Assembly: GCA_047616505.1 (NCBI GenBank)
Contig: JBLHGI010000003.1
Location: forward strand, 1 to 54,511
Direction: 5' to 3'
Length of the DNA: 54,511 bases
Source of the DNA: Planctomycetota bacterium
GTDB taxonomy: Bacteria > Latescibacterota > UBA2968 > UBA8231
Numbering within the stretch: position 1 is the first letter of the stretch; each line of letters begins with the position of its first letter. Of the stretch, positions 45,871-54,511 are shown in pieces. The notes beneath the pieces are model-generated. The model made no database searches, had not been told where the DNA came from, and was given only the letters and a program-made list of their open reading frames with translations. Both the position numbers and the translations under genes were made by a program.

Positions 45871-47740
45871 CGACGGCTTTTTCTGGCAGGCCTTTGTCTA
45901 TCTGACAGCGGCCGTACTCTCCGTTCCCATCGCCAAACGCCTCGGTCTCGGTTCGGTGTTGGGTTATCTGATCGCCGGAGCGATTATCGGGCCCTATGCC
46001 CTCGGCCTCGTCGGCGAAGAGGGACAAGATGTGATGCACTTTGCCGAGTTCGGCGTAGTGATGATGCTCTTTCTCGTCGGCTTAGAACTGCAACCCTCGC
46101 TCCTGTGGCGACTGCGCGGCCCGATCCTAGGGATGGGCGGCATGCAGGTCGGCCTAACGACGTTGGCCATTGCCGGGCTCGCTATCGCCGCTGGGCTCAG
46201 CTGGCAAATGGCGCTGGCCATTGGTCTGACGCTGGCGCTCTCCTCAACGGCCATCGTGCTACAGACGCTCAACGAAAAAGGCCTGATGAAAACGCCCGCG
46301 GGCGAGAGCTGTTTTTCCGTGCTGCTCTTCCAGGACATCGCCGTCATTCCCATGCTGGCCCTGATGCCGCTCTTGGCCTTTGCCGGAGCCGATAGCGCGC
46401 ACGAAGAGCACGCCAGCGCCATCGCCCACCTACCCGGTTGGCAGCAGGCGCTCATCGTGCTCTTGCTGATCGGCACCATCGTCGTCGTTGGCCGCCTACT
46501 CATGCGCCCCATCTTTCGTTTTATCGCCTCGACCCAGCTGCGCGAAATATTTACCGCCACCGCACTGCTACTCGTCATCGGCATAGCTTTGGCCATGCAG
46601 AGCGTTGGCCTCTCGGCGGCGCTAGGCACCTTTGTCGCCGGCGTGGTGCTGGCCGAAAGCGAGTACCGCCACGAATTGGAAGGCGATATCGAACCTTTCA
46701 AAGGCCTGCTGCTCGGCCTGTTCTTTATTTCGGTCGGCGCCAATATCGACTTCGCCCTCATCGGCACCGATCCCGGCCTGATCCTCTCGTTGGTCGGCGC
46801 GCTCGTCGTGGTAAAGCTCTTGGTGCTCTTTGTGACGGGGCGCGTTTTCAAGCTGGCTATGTCGCAGAACTTTCTATTCGCTTTTTCTCTGGCTCAGGGC
46901 GGCGAGTTCGCCTTTGTGCTCTTTTCTTTTGCCGTGCAAAACAGCGTGCTCACGCCCACTGTCGCCAATCCACTCGTAGCCGCCGTGGCCGTGTCGATGG
47001 CGCTGACACCGCTCTTGATGATCATCAACGAAAAGCTAATACAACCGCGCTTTGCCACCGCCCAGTCTCAGCGCGAGCCGGATACCATCGACGAAGAGAA
47101 TGCCGTTATCATCGCCGGCTATGGCCGCTTCGGGCACGTCGTCGGGCGTCTGCTCAAAGCCAACGGCGTCGCCACCACGGTGCTCGACCTCGACCCCGAG
47201 CAGATCGAGATCCTCGGTCGCTTCGGCCACAAGGTCTTCTATGGCGATGCCGGCCGCACCGACCTCTTACACGCAGCCGGTGCCCACAGTGCCAAACTGC
47301 TCCTCCTGGCTATTGACGATCCAGAAAAAACCAACCTGATCGCTAAACAGGTGCGCCAGCATTACCCACAACTGCGCGTTATGGCCCGCGCCGAAAGCCT
47401 ACACCATACCTACGAGCTAATGCATATCGGCATTGATAGCGTGTTCCGCGAGACCTACGATACGGCCTTAGCTATGGGCGTCGAAGCGCTAAAGGCCGTG
47501 GGCTTTCGCGCCTATCAGGCGCAGCGAGCCGCGCGCACCTTTAAACGCCATGATACAGAAGCTATGCGCGATCTCTACCAGCACTGGAAGGACCAAAAAA
47601 ATTATTTGGCGCTGGCCACAGAGCGCGTCAACGATTTAGAGCAGTTACTCACAGAAGACGCGCGCGACCAGCAAAACCACGCCGACCACGCCTGGGATGC
47701 GCCACCGCCTATCAAAGCAAATGAAGAGGATCCGACATGA
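45863..47740 (+). CDS. kefB: KefB/KefC-type CPA2 potassium/proton antiporter with KTN domain
   Basis: LGLGSVLGYLIAG, AEFGVVMMLFLVGLEL, LLFQDIA, SEYRHELEGDIEPFKGLLLGLFF, IIAGYGRFG, FYGDA. Confidence 0.9.
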   Translation: MHSDGFFWQAFVYLTAAVLSVPIAKRLGLGSVLGYLIAGAIIGPYALGLVGEEGQDVMHFAEFGVVMMLFLVGLELQPSLLWRLRGPILGMGGMQVGLTTLAIAGLAIAAGLSWQMALAIGLTLALSSTAIVLQTLNEKGLMKTPAGESCFSVLLFQDIAVIPMLALMPLLAFAGADSAHEEHASAIAHLPGWQQALIVLLLIGTIVVVGRLLMRPIFRFIASTQLREIFTATALLLVIGIALAMQSVGLSAALGTFVAGVVLAESEYRHELEGDIEPFKGLLLGLFFISVGANIDFALIGTDPGLILSLVGALVVVKLLVLFVTGRVFKLAMSQNFLFAFSLAQGGEFAFVLFSFAVQNSVLTPTVANPLVAAVAVSMALTPLLMIINEKLIQPRFATAQSQREPDTIDEENAVIIAGYGRFGHVVGRLLKANGVATTVLDLDPEQIEILGRFGHKVFYGDAGRTDLLHAAGAHSAKLLLLAIDDPEKTNLIAKQVRQHYPQLRVMARAESLHHTYELMHIGIDSVFRETYDTALAMGVEALKAVGFRAYQAQRAARTFKRHDTEAMRDLYQHWKDQKNYLALATERVNDLEQLLTEDARDQQNHADHAWDAPPPIKANEEDPT

Positions 47741-48534
47741 ACGAGCGACAGAAGTATCTATTCGATCTACAGGGCTACGTACTCGTCGAAGATGTGCTGA
47801 GCCCAGAAGATTGCGCAGTCGCCATTGAGAAAATAAAGCAGCGCGCCAAACCTATGGAGAAAACACCCGACGGCTACGACGCCAACGGCACGTGGCAAAA
47901 CGCCGCCGGGCTCTACGAAGCGGGCGAGCCTTTTATAAAGTTGATCGACCACCCCAAGATCACCGAAGTACTCGCGGATATTATCGGCCCTGCGTTGCGC
48001 TGCGAGAGCTGCTACAGCTTCGTGCGGCACAAGAACTGTCCGCCCTTTGAGATGCACGGCGGCCACCGCGGCGGTCGCGTCAACTTTCGCTACTCCGTGC
48101 ACAACGGCCAGATCTACACCGGCCTTACGGTCGTCTCGATTGCCCTACAGGATATTAGCGGCAAAGACGGCGGCTTCGCCTGCATACCGGGATCGCACAA
48201 GTCGGATTTTTCCGTGCCCGCCGAAGACCGCAAAGAGCTCTTCGCCCTAGGCGGTTCGCTGGTGCAAAATATCGCCGCCCCCAAAGGCGCCGCCATTATT
48301 TTCACCGAAACGCTGGCCCACGGCGCCGCCTCGTGGCAAAACGACGAACCGCGCTACGGCCTGTTCTACAAGTTCAACGACCGCGCCGCCATCTATCACG
48401 GACAGGAACCGCGCCGCCCCAGCGCCGAAGCTTTTGCGCAGATGACGGACGCGCAGAAATGCTATTTCAACTTGGCATATCAGGCCTTTGGCCCGGCAGA
48501 AAACCCGCGCAACGACCAGCCGCAGTTTGGTTGA
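47737..48534 (+). CDS. Phytanoyl-CoA dioxygenase (PhyH) family protein, HxG variant
   Basis: YLFDLQGYVL, MHGG, GGFACIPGSHKS, IIFTETLAHG; ATGA overlap with kefB. Confidence 0.85.
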   Translation: MNERQKYLFDLQGYVLVEDVLSPEDCAVAIEKIKQRAKPMEKTPDGYDANGTWQNAAGLYEAGEPFIKLIDHPKITEVLADIIGPALRCESCYSFVRHKNCPPFEMHGGHRGGRVNFRYSVHNGQIYTGLTVVSIALQDISGKDGGFACIPGSHKSDFSVPAEDRKELFALGGSLVQNIAAPKGAAIIFTETLAHGAASWQNDEPRYGLFYKFNDRAAIYHGQEPRRPSAEAFAQMTDAQKCYFNLAYQAFGPAENPRNDQPQFG

Positions 48535-48667
48535 GAGCGGGGCCGGCCAGTAAAGGGTTGTAGCACACCTTCTCAAAGGTTTTTTCCCGAGGGGTGGTGG
48601 GGCGGCAGGGAGTCGAAGCACCAGCGGAGCAACCTCCTCAACGCGCTCGCCTCTATAGGATTAGCTC

Positions 48668-50158
48668 CTATTGCCAAATCCCTTTGTCGCGATAATAGGC
48701 AATACCCATCGCCTCTAAGCGCGCCCCGTGCGCCTTTAACCGCCCTTTAAAATCGTCCCAGTCGCGCGCCTCCTTCGGCGACCACACCACTTCGGCCAAG
48801 GCGCAGGCGCGCGGATAGACCATGTTCGCTACCTCATCGTCTTCCACCGTGCCCTCCGTCCACATATTGCCCTGGCTACCGAGCACGTGTTTGGCTTTTT
48901 CGCCCACTAGTTCAGCCGGCACAGGCTCATAGCTATACGTGTTTTCTAAGGTACTAACACTCAACCGCCCCGGCTCATCTTCTGCATCGTAATGCTTGCG
49001 ATCAAAATAGACGTGCGACTCCGGCACCATAACTACGTCATGGCCCGCATTGGCTGCTTCGATACCCCCCTCTTCACCGCGCCACGACATCACGGCCGCC
49101 TCCTTGGCCAAACCGCCTTCCAAGATCTCGTCCCAGCCAATAGGTTTTTTGCCGCGCGCTGCCAACCACGTAGCAAAATAGCGCACAAAATAGCTCTGCA
49201 GCTCCTCTTCATTTTTCAGACCCTCATCGCGCATGCGCTGTTGGCACTTGGGGCATTCCTTCCAGCGCGTTTTGGGGCACTCGTCGCCTCCTATATGCAC
49301 GTAGTCGCCGGGAAAGAGCGAGAGCACTTCCTCAAAAACGTCTTCTAAAAACGAAAAGGTCGCGTCGTTACCGGCGCAAAACACTTCATCGAAAACACCC
49401 CACTCGTTGACGACTGCAAACGGCCCACTCGCACACGCGTATTCGGGATAGGCCGCCACCGCCGCCTGCGCGTGACCGGGCAGCTCGATCTCAGGTACGA
49501 CCGCTATGTGCAGACGCCGCGCGTATTCAACTACTTCACTCACCTGTTCCCGCGTATAAAAACCACCGTGACGAGTGCCATCTTTTTCTGTGCGCCAAGC
49601 GCTAATATCGGCCAACTTCGGATACTTAGGCACCGCTAGACGCCAGCCCTGGTCTTCTGTCAGGTGCCAGTGGAAAACATTGTATTTGTATTGGGCCATC
49701 CAATCGAGATAGCGCTTTATAAAATCGATGCCGAAGAAGTGCCGACACACATCTAGATGCAAACCGCGCCAGGCAAAGCGCGGCGCGTCTTCTATTTGCA
49801 CACAGGGCAGCTCTATAGCACCCGCCGCTTTTGCGCCCGCAGGCAAGAGTTGGCGCAAGGTCTGCACGCCGTAGAACAGTCCCGCCTGCGCGGCAGCTTC
49901 CACCCGCACACCGTCCGTTTGTACGGAGAGTCGATACCCCTCCTCCGGCAGATCGGCCCCTTCGTCTACCACCAGCTCGATAGCTCCTCGATCTTGCAAC
50001 GGGATAGAAAAACCCGTGGCCTCTTCCAACAGCTGCTGCGCATAAATTCCGACATCGCCCACCTCCCCTATCGCACCGAGACACGCGCCCTCCTGCAGCC
50101 TAAAAACACCTTCTCTCGCTTCTAGCTTTGCCGGCTGCGGTATAATCGAAATACTCAT
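48668..50158 (-). CDS. Beta-N-acetylhexosaminidase, GH20
   Basis: DAPRFAWRGLHLDVCRHF, FHWHLTEDQGWR, PEIELPGHA, HIGGDECP, GNMWTE, YPRACALAEVVW; no signal peptide. Confidence 0.95.
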   Translation of the reverse strand: MSISIIPQPAKLEAREGVFRLQEGACLGAIGEVGDVGIYAQQLLEEATGFSIPLQDRGAIELVVDEGADLPEEGYRLSVQTDGVRVEAAAQAGLFYGVQTLRQLLPAGAKAAGAIELPCVQIEDAPRFAWRGLHLDVCRHFFGIDFIKRYLDWMAQYKYNVFHWHLTEDQGWRLAVPKYPKLADISAWRTEKDGTRHGGFYTREQVSEVVEYARRLHIAVVPEIELPGHAQAAVAAYPEYACASGPFAVVNEWGVFDEVFCAGNDATFSFLEDVFEEVLSLFPGDYVHIGGDECPKTRWKECPKCQQRMRDEGLKNEEELQSYFVRYFATWLAARGKKPIGWDEILEGGLAKEAAVMSWRGEEGGIEAANAGHDVVMVPESHVYFDRKHYDAEDEPGRLSVSTLENTYSYEPVPAELVGEKAKHVLGSQGNMWTEGTVEDDEVANMVYPRACALAEVVWSPKEARDWDDFKGRLKAHGARLEAMGIAYYRDKGIWQ

Positions 50159-50216
50159 TCGTCTACCTCTCCCACTGTTCTAGTTTCATTTAATGCAAAC
50201 GTGCACTGATCGTCCA

Positions 50217-51221
50217 TTAGGCTACTCGGTAGCGCTCGACCACTTCCATATTCACCTTCACGCCCAACCCCGGTCCAGAAGGCACGTCGAAATGCCCCGA
50301 CTCCAACCGCAGGCCGCCATCCAATACATCGGTCTCGCGCGTAAAGGGTAATTCGTCGCAGGGCAGCGTCGCGTTGGGCAAGGTCGCTTGCAAATGCACG
50401 GAATAGGCTGCCAGCACGCCCGTGCACAATCCGCCCATCTGCACCCAGCAGGGCACATCGGCCGCCTCGGCCAGCGCCGCCGCCTTGCGCACTTGCAGCG
50501 CCGAACCACCCAGGTTCGCATAATCGATACACTCGGCCTTTAGCGCGGCCAACACGCCCGCGGGAGCACCCAAGTGCAATGCGATGGGAATATGCGTCTT
50601 CTCGCGCAGCATGCGATACCATTCGAGATTGTTCTTGAGCATGGGGTCTTCAAAAACGGCCACTGTGCCCAAGGGCTCTAACTCGGCGGCCAAGCGCGCC
50701 GCAGCGGGCAACAGAGCAAACTCCGTATTGGGGTCAACGCCGACCGTGTACTCTGGCCCAGCCGCTTCTTTCATCAAGCGCACGGTCTCAACGATATCCC
50801 ACGAGCGCGCCTTGAGTTTGTGATTGCTAAAACCCAAGCGCGCGCCGACCTCGGCTTCGGCCGCCGTTTCGTGCGGTTCCATATGACACGACCAATAGGA
50901 CACGGGCACCTTCTCGCGCACCTGCGCACCAAAGAAACGGTGCAGCGGTAAACCATAGGCCTGACCAGCAATATCGAGCAGGGCGCAGCTAAAGGCGTCG
51001 GGCTGGACAAAGGGATCGAGCGCCAGTGGATCTTCGCCCACTAAGGCGGCCGCCTTTTGCTGGTGGACTGACTTAGTCCCCTGGTATTCGCCCCAACCTT
51101 GCAACCCTTCGTCCGTCCGTATGCGGCACAAGGTGATATCGTAGATCTTGGGAAAATAGCGAGCAATCGGCGGGATCGGCGGGATTTCGACTTCGTAGAG
51201 ATCGACCTGGGTTATTTTCAC
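50217..51221 (-). CDS. Mandelate racemase/muconate lactonizing enzyme family
   Basis: IRTDEGLQGWGE, ALLDIAG, HKLK, VDPN, FEDP, VPSGPGLGV; AAGGAG before GTG. Confidence 0.88.
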   Translation of the reverse strand: MKITQVDLYEVEIPPIPPIARYFPKIYDITLCRIRTDEGLQGWGEYQGTKSVHQQKAAALVGEDPLALDPFVQPDAFSCALLDIAGQAYGLPLHRFFGAQVREKVPVSYWSCHMEPHETAAEAEVGARLGFSNHKLKARSWDIVETVRLMKEAAGPEYTVGVDPNTEFALLPAAARLAAELEPLGTVAVFEDPMLKNNLEWYRMLREKTHIPIALHLGAPAGVLAALKAECIDYANLGGSALQVRKAAALAEAADVPCWVQMGGLCTGVLAAYSVHLQATLPNATLPCDELPFTRETDVLDGGLRLESGHFDVPSGPGLGVKVNMEVVERYRVA

Positions 51222-51476
51222 GATGTATCTCCTTTATATAGCGGCCCACCAAAGATAAGACAAGCCGGCAAAGGCCTCCATCCCTCTCCGATAAGCTGGC
51301 GATCTTTGTCGGATACAGCTTGATAGGGTATGAACGGGTGCGTAGTTTGGTCTGGAATATATGGAGGCGTGCCATGCGTCCGGGCAGTCCGAAAAGCATA
51401 TAACATCTCGTTTGCCATTGCGTTTTTTAAGCGCGAACTAAATGAGTAGCACCTCCGCTTTGTGAAACGAGAATAT

Positions 51477-51952
51477 ATGTCGCAACCCATACGCGTTATT
51501 TCTAGCAAATACGACGGCACCCCACGCGACTATTACGACGCTGAACTACTAGAAGAGATAGAGGGTCTATTGGTGGTGCGCACAGTGCGTGGGACACCGA
51601 TACACTCGAACAAGGCCGGTGTCTCTGCCGCCGAGGACAGCGCTGGTACAATGTCTGGCATCTGCTCGACGGCACGGCCTACGACAACACCTGGTACGCC
51701 AATATTAGTCGCCCCGCTACTTTTGACGGCCAAACCCTGCGCTGGACCGATCTGTATCTGGACGTGCGCTGCCATTTGGATGGCCACCTCGAAGTGCTAG
51801 ACGAAGACGAGTTCGAAGAAGCGCGCCAGACCTTGAACATGCCGACTGAAGTGGTCACCAAAGCCCGGGAAGCGCTCGACGACATAGTACAGTTGGCTCA
51901 GCAGGGCATTTTCCCCTTCGACCACGAAGTGCAGATGCGCCGCTTAAAATAG
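51477..51952 (+). pseudogene. DUF402-family gene with an internal frameshift
   Basis: First frame MSQPIRVISSKYDGTPR...AAEDSA; homology continues in another frame from 51644 as WYNVWH...WYANISRPATFDGQTLRWTDLYLDV...VLDEDEFEE. Confidence 0.75.
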
Positions 51953-51968
51953 AGATTGGGAGTTTTGC

Positions 51969-52772
51969 ATGGCTGATAGATTGGCAGGTAAAGTCGCGAT
52001 TGTGACCGGAGCGGGAGCGCGACAGGGGGACGGCATGGGGGTCGGGCAAGCGACGGCGACTCTATTCGCCAGGGAGGGGGCGAGCGTGCTCGTTGTAGAT
52101 CTGAACGAAGAGAACGCGCGCACCACGCAAAAGGCGCTCGCAGAAGAAGGGCTCACAGCGGGCATTTGTATCGCCGACGTGTCCAAACCAGACAACTGCG
52201 AGCGCTTGGCCAACGAGGCTATACATCAGTTCGGCCGCTTGGATATTCTGGCCAACTGCGTCGGGATTTCGAGCCCCGGCAAAGTCACTGAAATCAGCGA
52301 AGAGGATTGGGACCGCTGCCTCGACGTAGATCTCAAGAGCATGGCGTTTACATCGAAATTTGCCATACCCCAGATGATAAAAAACGGAAGCGGATCGATC
52401 ATTCACATCTCTTCAATCGACGGGATTCGGGCCGGTTTTTCAGCCAATATTCCCTACGCCGCAGCGAAGGGTGGTATCATTTCGATGACGCGCAGTATGG
52501 CCGTCCACCACGGCCGCGAGGGGATTCGCGTCAACTGCATCGCGCCGGGACACCTCTATACGCCAATGGTCAGCGCGGCACTCAGCGCTGAAGATCGAGA
52601 GCTCAGGCGCAAAGCCGGACCGCTCGGAATCGAAGGCACGGCGTGGGACGTGGCGTGGGCGAGCGTTTTTCTCGCCAGCGACGAGAGCCGATGGATTTCC
52701 GGTGTGGTCCTGCCCGTAGACGCAGGGATCTTAGCAGCGACGCCGTTGGGCATGCATCACCATTTGCAATAA
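51969..52772 (+). CDS. Short-chain dehydrogenase/reductase
   Basis: GKVAIVTGAG, FGRLDILAN.VGI, ISS, YAAAKGG, IRVNCIAPG. Confidence 0.93.
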   Translation: MADRLAGKVAIVTGAGARQGDGMGVGQATATLFAREGASVLVVDLNEENARTTQKALAEEGLTAGICIADVSKPDNCERLANEAIHQFGRLDILANCVGISSPGKVTEISEEDWDRCLDVDLKSMAFTSKFAIPQMIKNGSGSIIHISSIDGIRAGFSANIPYAAAKGGIISMTRSMAVHHGREGIRVNCIAPGHLYTPMVSAALSAEDRELRRKAGPLGIEGTAWDVAWASVFLASDESRWISGVVLPVDAGILAATPLGMHHHLQ

Positions 52773-52809
52773 AACGGCGACCAACCTACAGCAAGGAGAA
52801 TCAGCGACG

Positions 52810-53625
52810 ATGTCCTACAAATTTAAGGCGGGAATGATGTACCGAATGCCGACGCACTTTGGCCCCTCACTCGGACCGCGGCAGGGCCCCGACGGCCGCA
52901 AGTTCGCCTGCAAGGACAACCCCAAAACCACGTCGATCTCCATTAGCTTCAGAAGCAACGCAGAACAATTATCCGCTCTGCTACCGCCCGGTTTCTCGCT
53001 GGATGGAGACCCTATTGTAACGGTGTTCGCCTCCTTTATGAAAGAAATCGAATGGTTGGCGGGGCGCGGTTATAATATGCTCGGCGTCACGATCCCAGCT
53101 ATCTACGAGGGAAAAGAAACGGCGAGGGGCCCCTTCTTAACGGTGCTCTGGGAAAGTCTGGCCGATCCGATCATTACCGGTCGAGAAGATATCGGTTTTT
53201 CCAAGATTTATTGCGAGATTCCAGAGCCGCGTTTTTGCAGCGGTAGCGCGGCGGGGTCGGCCGGTTGGCTCGGCTTCAATTTTCTGGACTTCGAGGTCGG
53301 TGACCTAGTCGAGGACTCCTCTGAAAACACAAGTTCGAACGCCGATGGCATGCTCCACTACAAGTACATTCCAAAGACGGGCGTGTGGGGCGAAGCAGAT
53401 AGTGCCTACCCCGTCATTACGCCGACGGGATCAAACGAACGCATTATAGAGAAGTGGCAGGGAAAGGGCTCGATGACCTGGCACCGAGCGCGGTGGGAGG
53501 ATCTGCCGACGTTTTATCCGGTCGTCAACGCCTTTGCAGATTTGCCGATCGAAGAGTACGTGAGTGCTTCGGTCGTACAGTCGATCGGCGGAAAAGACCT
53601 GAGCAACCAGAGGATTCTGAGCTAA
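52810..53625 (+). CDS. Acetoacetate decarboxylase-like family protein
   Basis: YRMPTHFGP, LLPPGF, WLAGRGYN, PIITGREDIGFSK. Confidence 0.8.
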   Translation: MSYKFKAGMMYRMPTHFGPSLGPRQGPDGRKFACKDNPKTTSISISFRSNAEQLSALLPPGFSLDGDPIVTVFASFMKEIEWLAGRGYNMLGVTIPAIYEGKETARGPFLTVLWESLADPIITGREDIGFSKIYCEIPEPRFCSGSAAGSAGWLGFNFLDFEVGDLVEDSSENTSSNADGMLHYKYIPKTGVWGEADSAYPVITPTGSNERIIEKWQGKGSMTWHRARWEDLPTFYPVVNAFADLPIEEYVSASVVQSIGGKDLSNQRILS

Positions 53626-53679
53626 GCATTTCGCCTAGCGTTATTGTACACGACACACACCAAACCAAACTAAATCACT

Positions 53680-54498
53680 ATGACCTTACCCAATTCAGAC
53701 CAGCTCCGCGCCTACCACGAGCAGGGTTACCTGATCCTGCGCCAGGCTTTCAGCCACCAGCGCATTCGCGATCTGCACCAAGCCGTCGAGCACGTAATCG
53801 AACGCGGGCGCACAGGCCATACCGAGCTCAACTGGATAGACCGTGAACAAGGCCTGCCCAATCGCATGAGCCACCTGCTGCACCCCGACAAATACGAGAC
53901 CGCTTTCGCCGATTGGCTGGCCGAAGACCTAGTCCCACAGCTCGAAATATTTCTCGCGGGTCCGGCGCGCCACAGCCTCTTTGGCATGCTGGCCGGCGGC
54001 GGTGGCCAATCCTACACCATGGCATGGCACCGGGATATCGGCAAACCGGGCGCAGCAGACGAGGCGGTTTTTTTGCAAAAGCACCACGGTCGCTCCGTGC
54101 AGTTTAACGCCCCGTTGGTCGCAGGCGATCGCTTTCTGCACATCGTACCCGCTAGCCATTTGCGCGCATCTACCCAAGACGAACTGACGGCGGAGACAGC
54201 CGGAGACGATGCCGATATGCCCGATGCCCTAGTCGTCGAATTAGAGCCGGGAGACATCGCCTATTATAATGCCAACCTCTGGCACCGGGGCTGGAACCCA
54301 GAGGGCGCGAAGCGCTGGACCCTGCACTGCGCCTTCTGGAAAGCAGCCTATCCCGTCATGCGCCACGAGCACGGTCAGCGCGAAGCCCTAACGACGCCGG
54401 GGCACCTAGAGCAAATGCCAGCCGTCGCCGCAGAGTATATACAGCGCTACTTAGAACAGTATCCAACGAGCGATCCCCCCCATCTAACAGACCTCTAA
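53680..54498 (+). CDS. Phytanoyl-CoA dioxygenase (PhyH) family protein
   Basis: YHEQGYLIL, WHRD, VPASH, LEPGD, LWHRG. Confidence 0.88.
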   Translation: MTLPNSDQLRAYHEQGYLILRQAFSHQRIRDLHQAVEHVIERGRTGHTELNWIDREQGLPNRMSHLLHPDKYETAFADWLAEDLVPQLEIFLAGPARHSLFGMLAGGGGQSYTMAWHRDIGKPGAADEAVFLQKHHGRSVQFNAPLVAGDRFLHIVPASHLRASTQDELTAETAGDDADMPDALVVELEPGDIAYYNANLWHRGWNPEGAKRWTLHCAFWKAAYPVMRHEHGQREALTTPGHLEQMPAVAAEYIQRYLEQYPTSDPPHLTDL

Positions 54499-54511
54499 AT
54501 TGGTAACTGGG

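Overview
Bacterial chromosomal window of moderately high GC. The gene content (many secreted proteins ending in an FlgD-Ig/T9SS-type-A-like C-terminal domain, cohesin/dockerin modules, PhyH dioxygenases) suggests an FCB-group organism such as Latescibacterota; this is inference only. The left 20 kb holds the most unusual locus, a co-oriented minus-strand cluster. It starts with four large secreted proteins with no recognisable catalytic domain, each carrying cohesin, dockerin and a C-terminal sorting domain; their variable parts are 7, 2 or 1 copies of one Ig-like repeat, 12 FN3-like domains, or an FG-GAP propeller. These are followed by an unannotated 43-aa hydrophobic ORF, an exosortase H-like transpeptidase with its partner membrane protein, and two related lipoproteins, one with a 27-bp tandem repeat running off the window edge. 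Two paralogous REC-AraC regulators are transcribed divergently, one with an Arg-rich DRR-repeat insert. The remainder is mixed metabolic and transport content: degenerate shikimate kinase, PHP hydrolase, DUF362 protein, OFA-type MFS plus DcaP-like porin, duplicated sorbosone dehydrogenases separated by two palindromic elements, a nucleotide-sugar cluster with a degenerate GGDEF protein, KefG/KefB, GH20, an enolase-family enzyme, a frameshifted DUF402 gene, SDR, acetoacetate decarboxylase-like and PhyH genes. Three sigma54-type promoters are visible, one driving an unannotated 37-aa membrane peptide. No rRNA, tRNA, CRISPR array, transposase or integrase was seen. All family assignments come from motif recognition by eye, not database searches.
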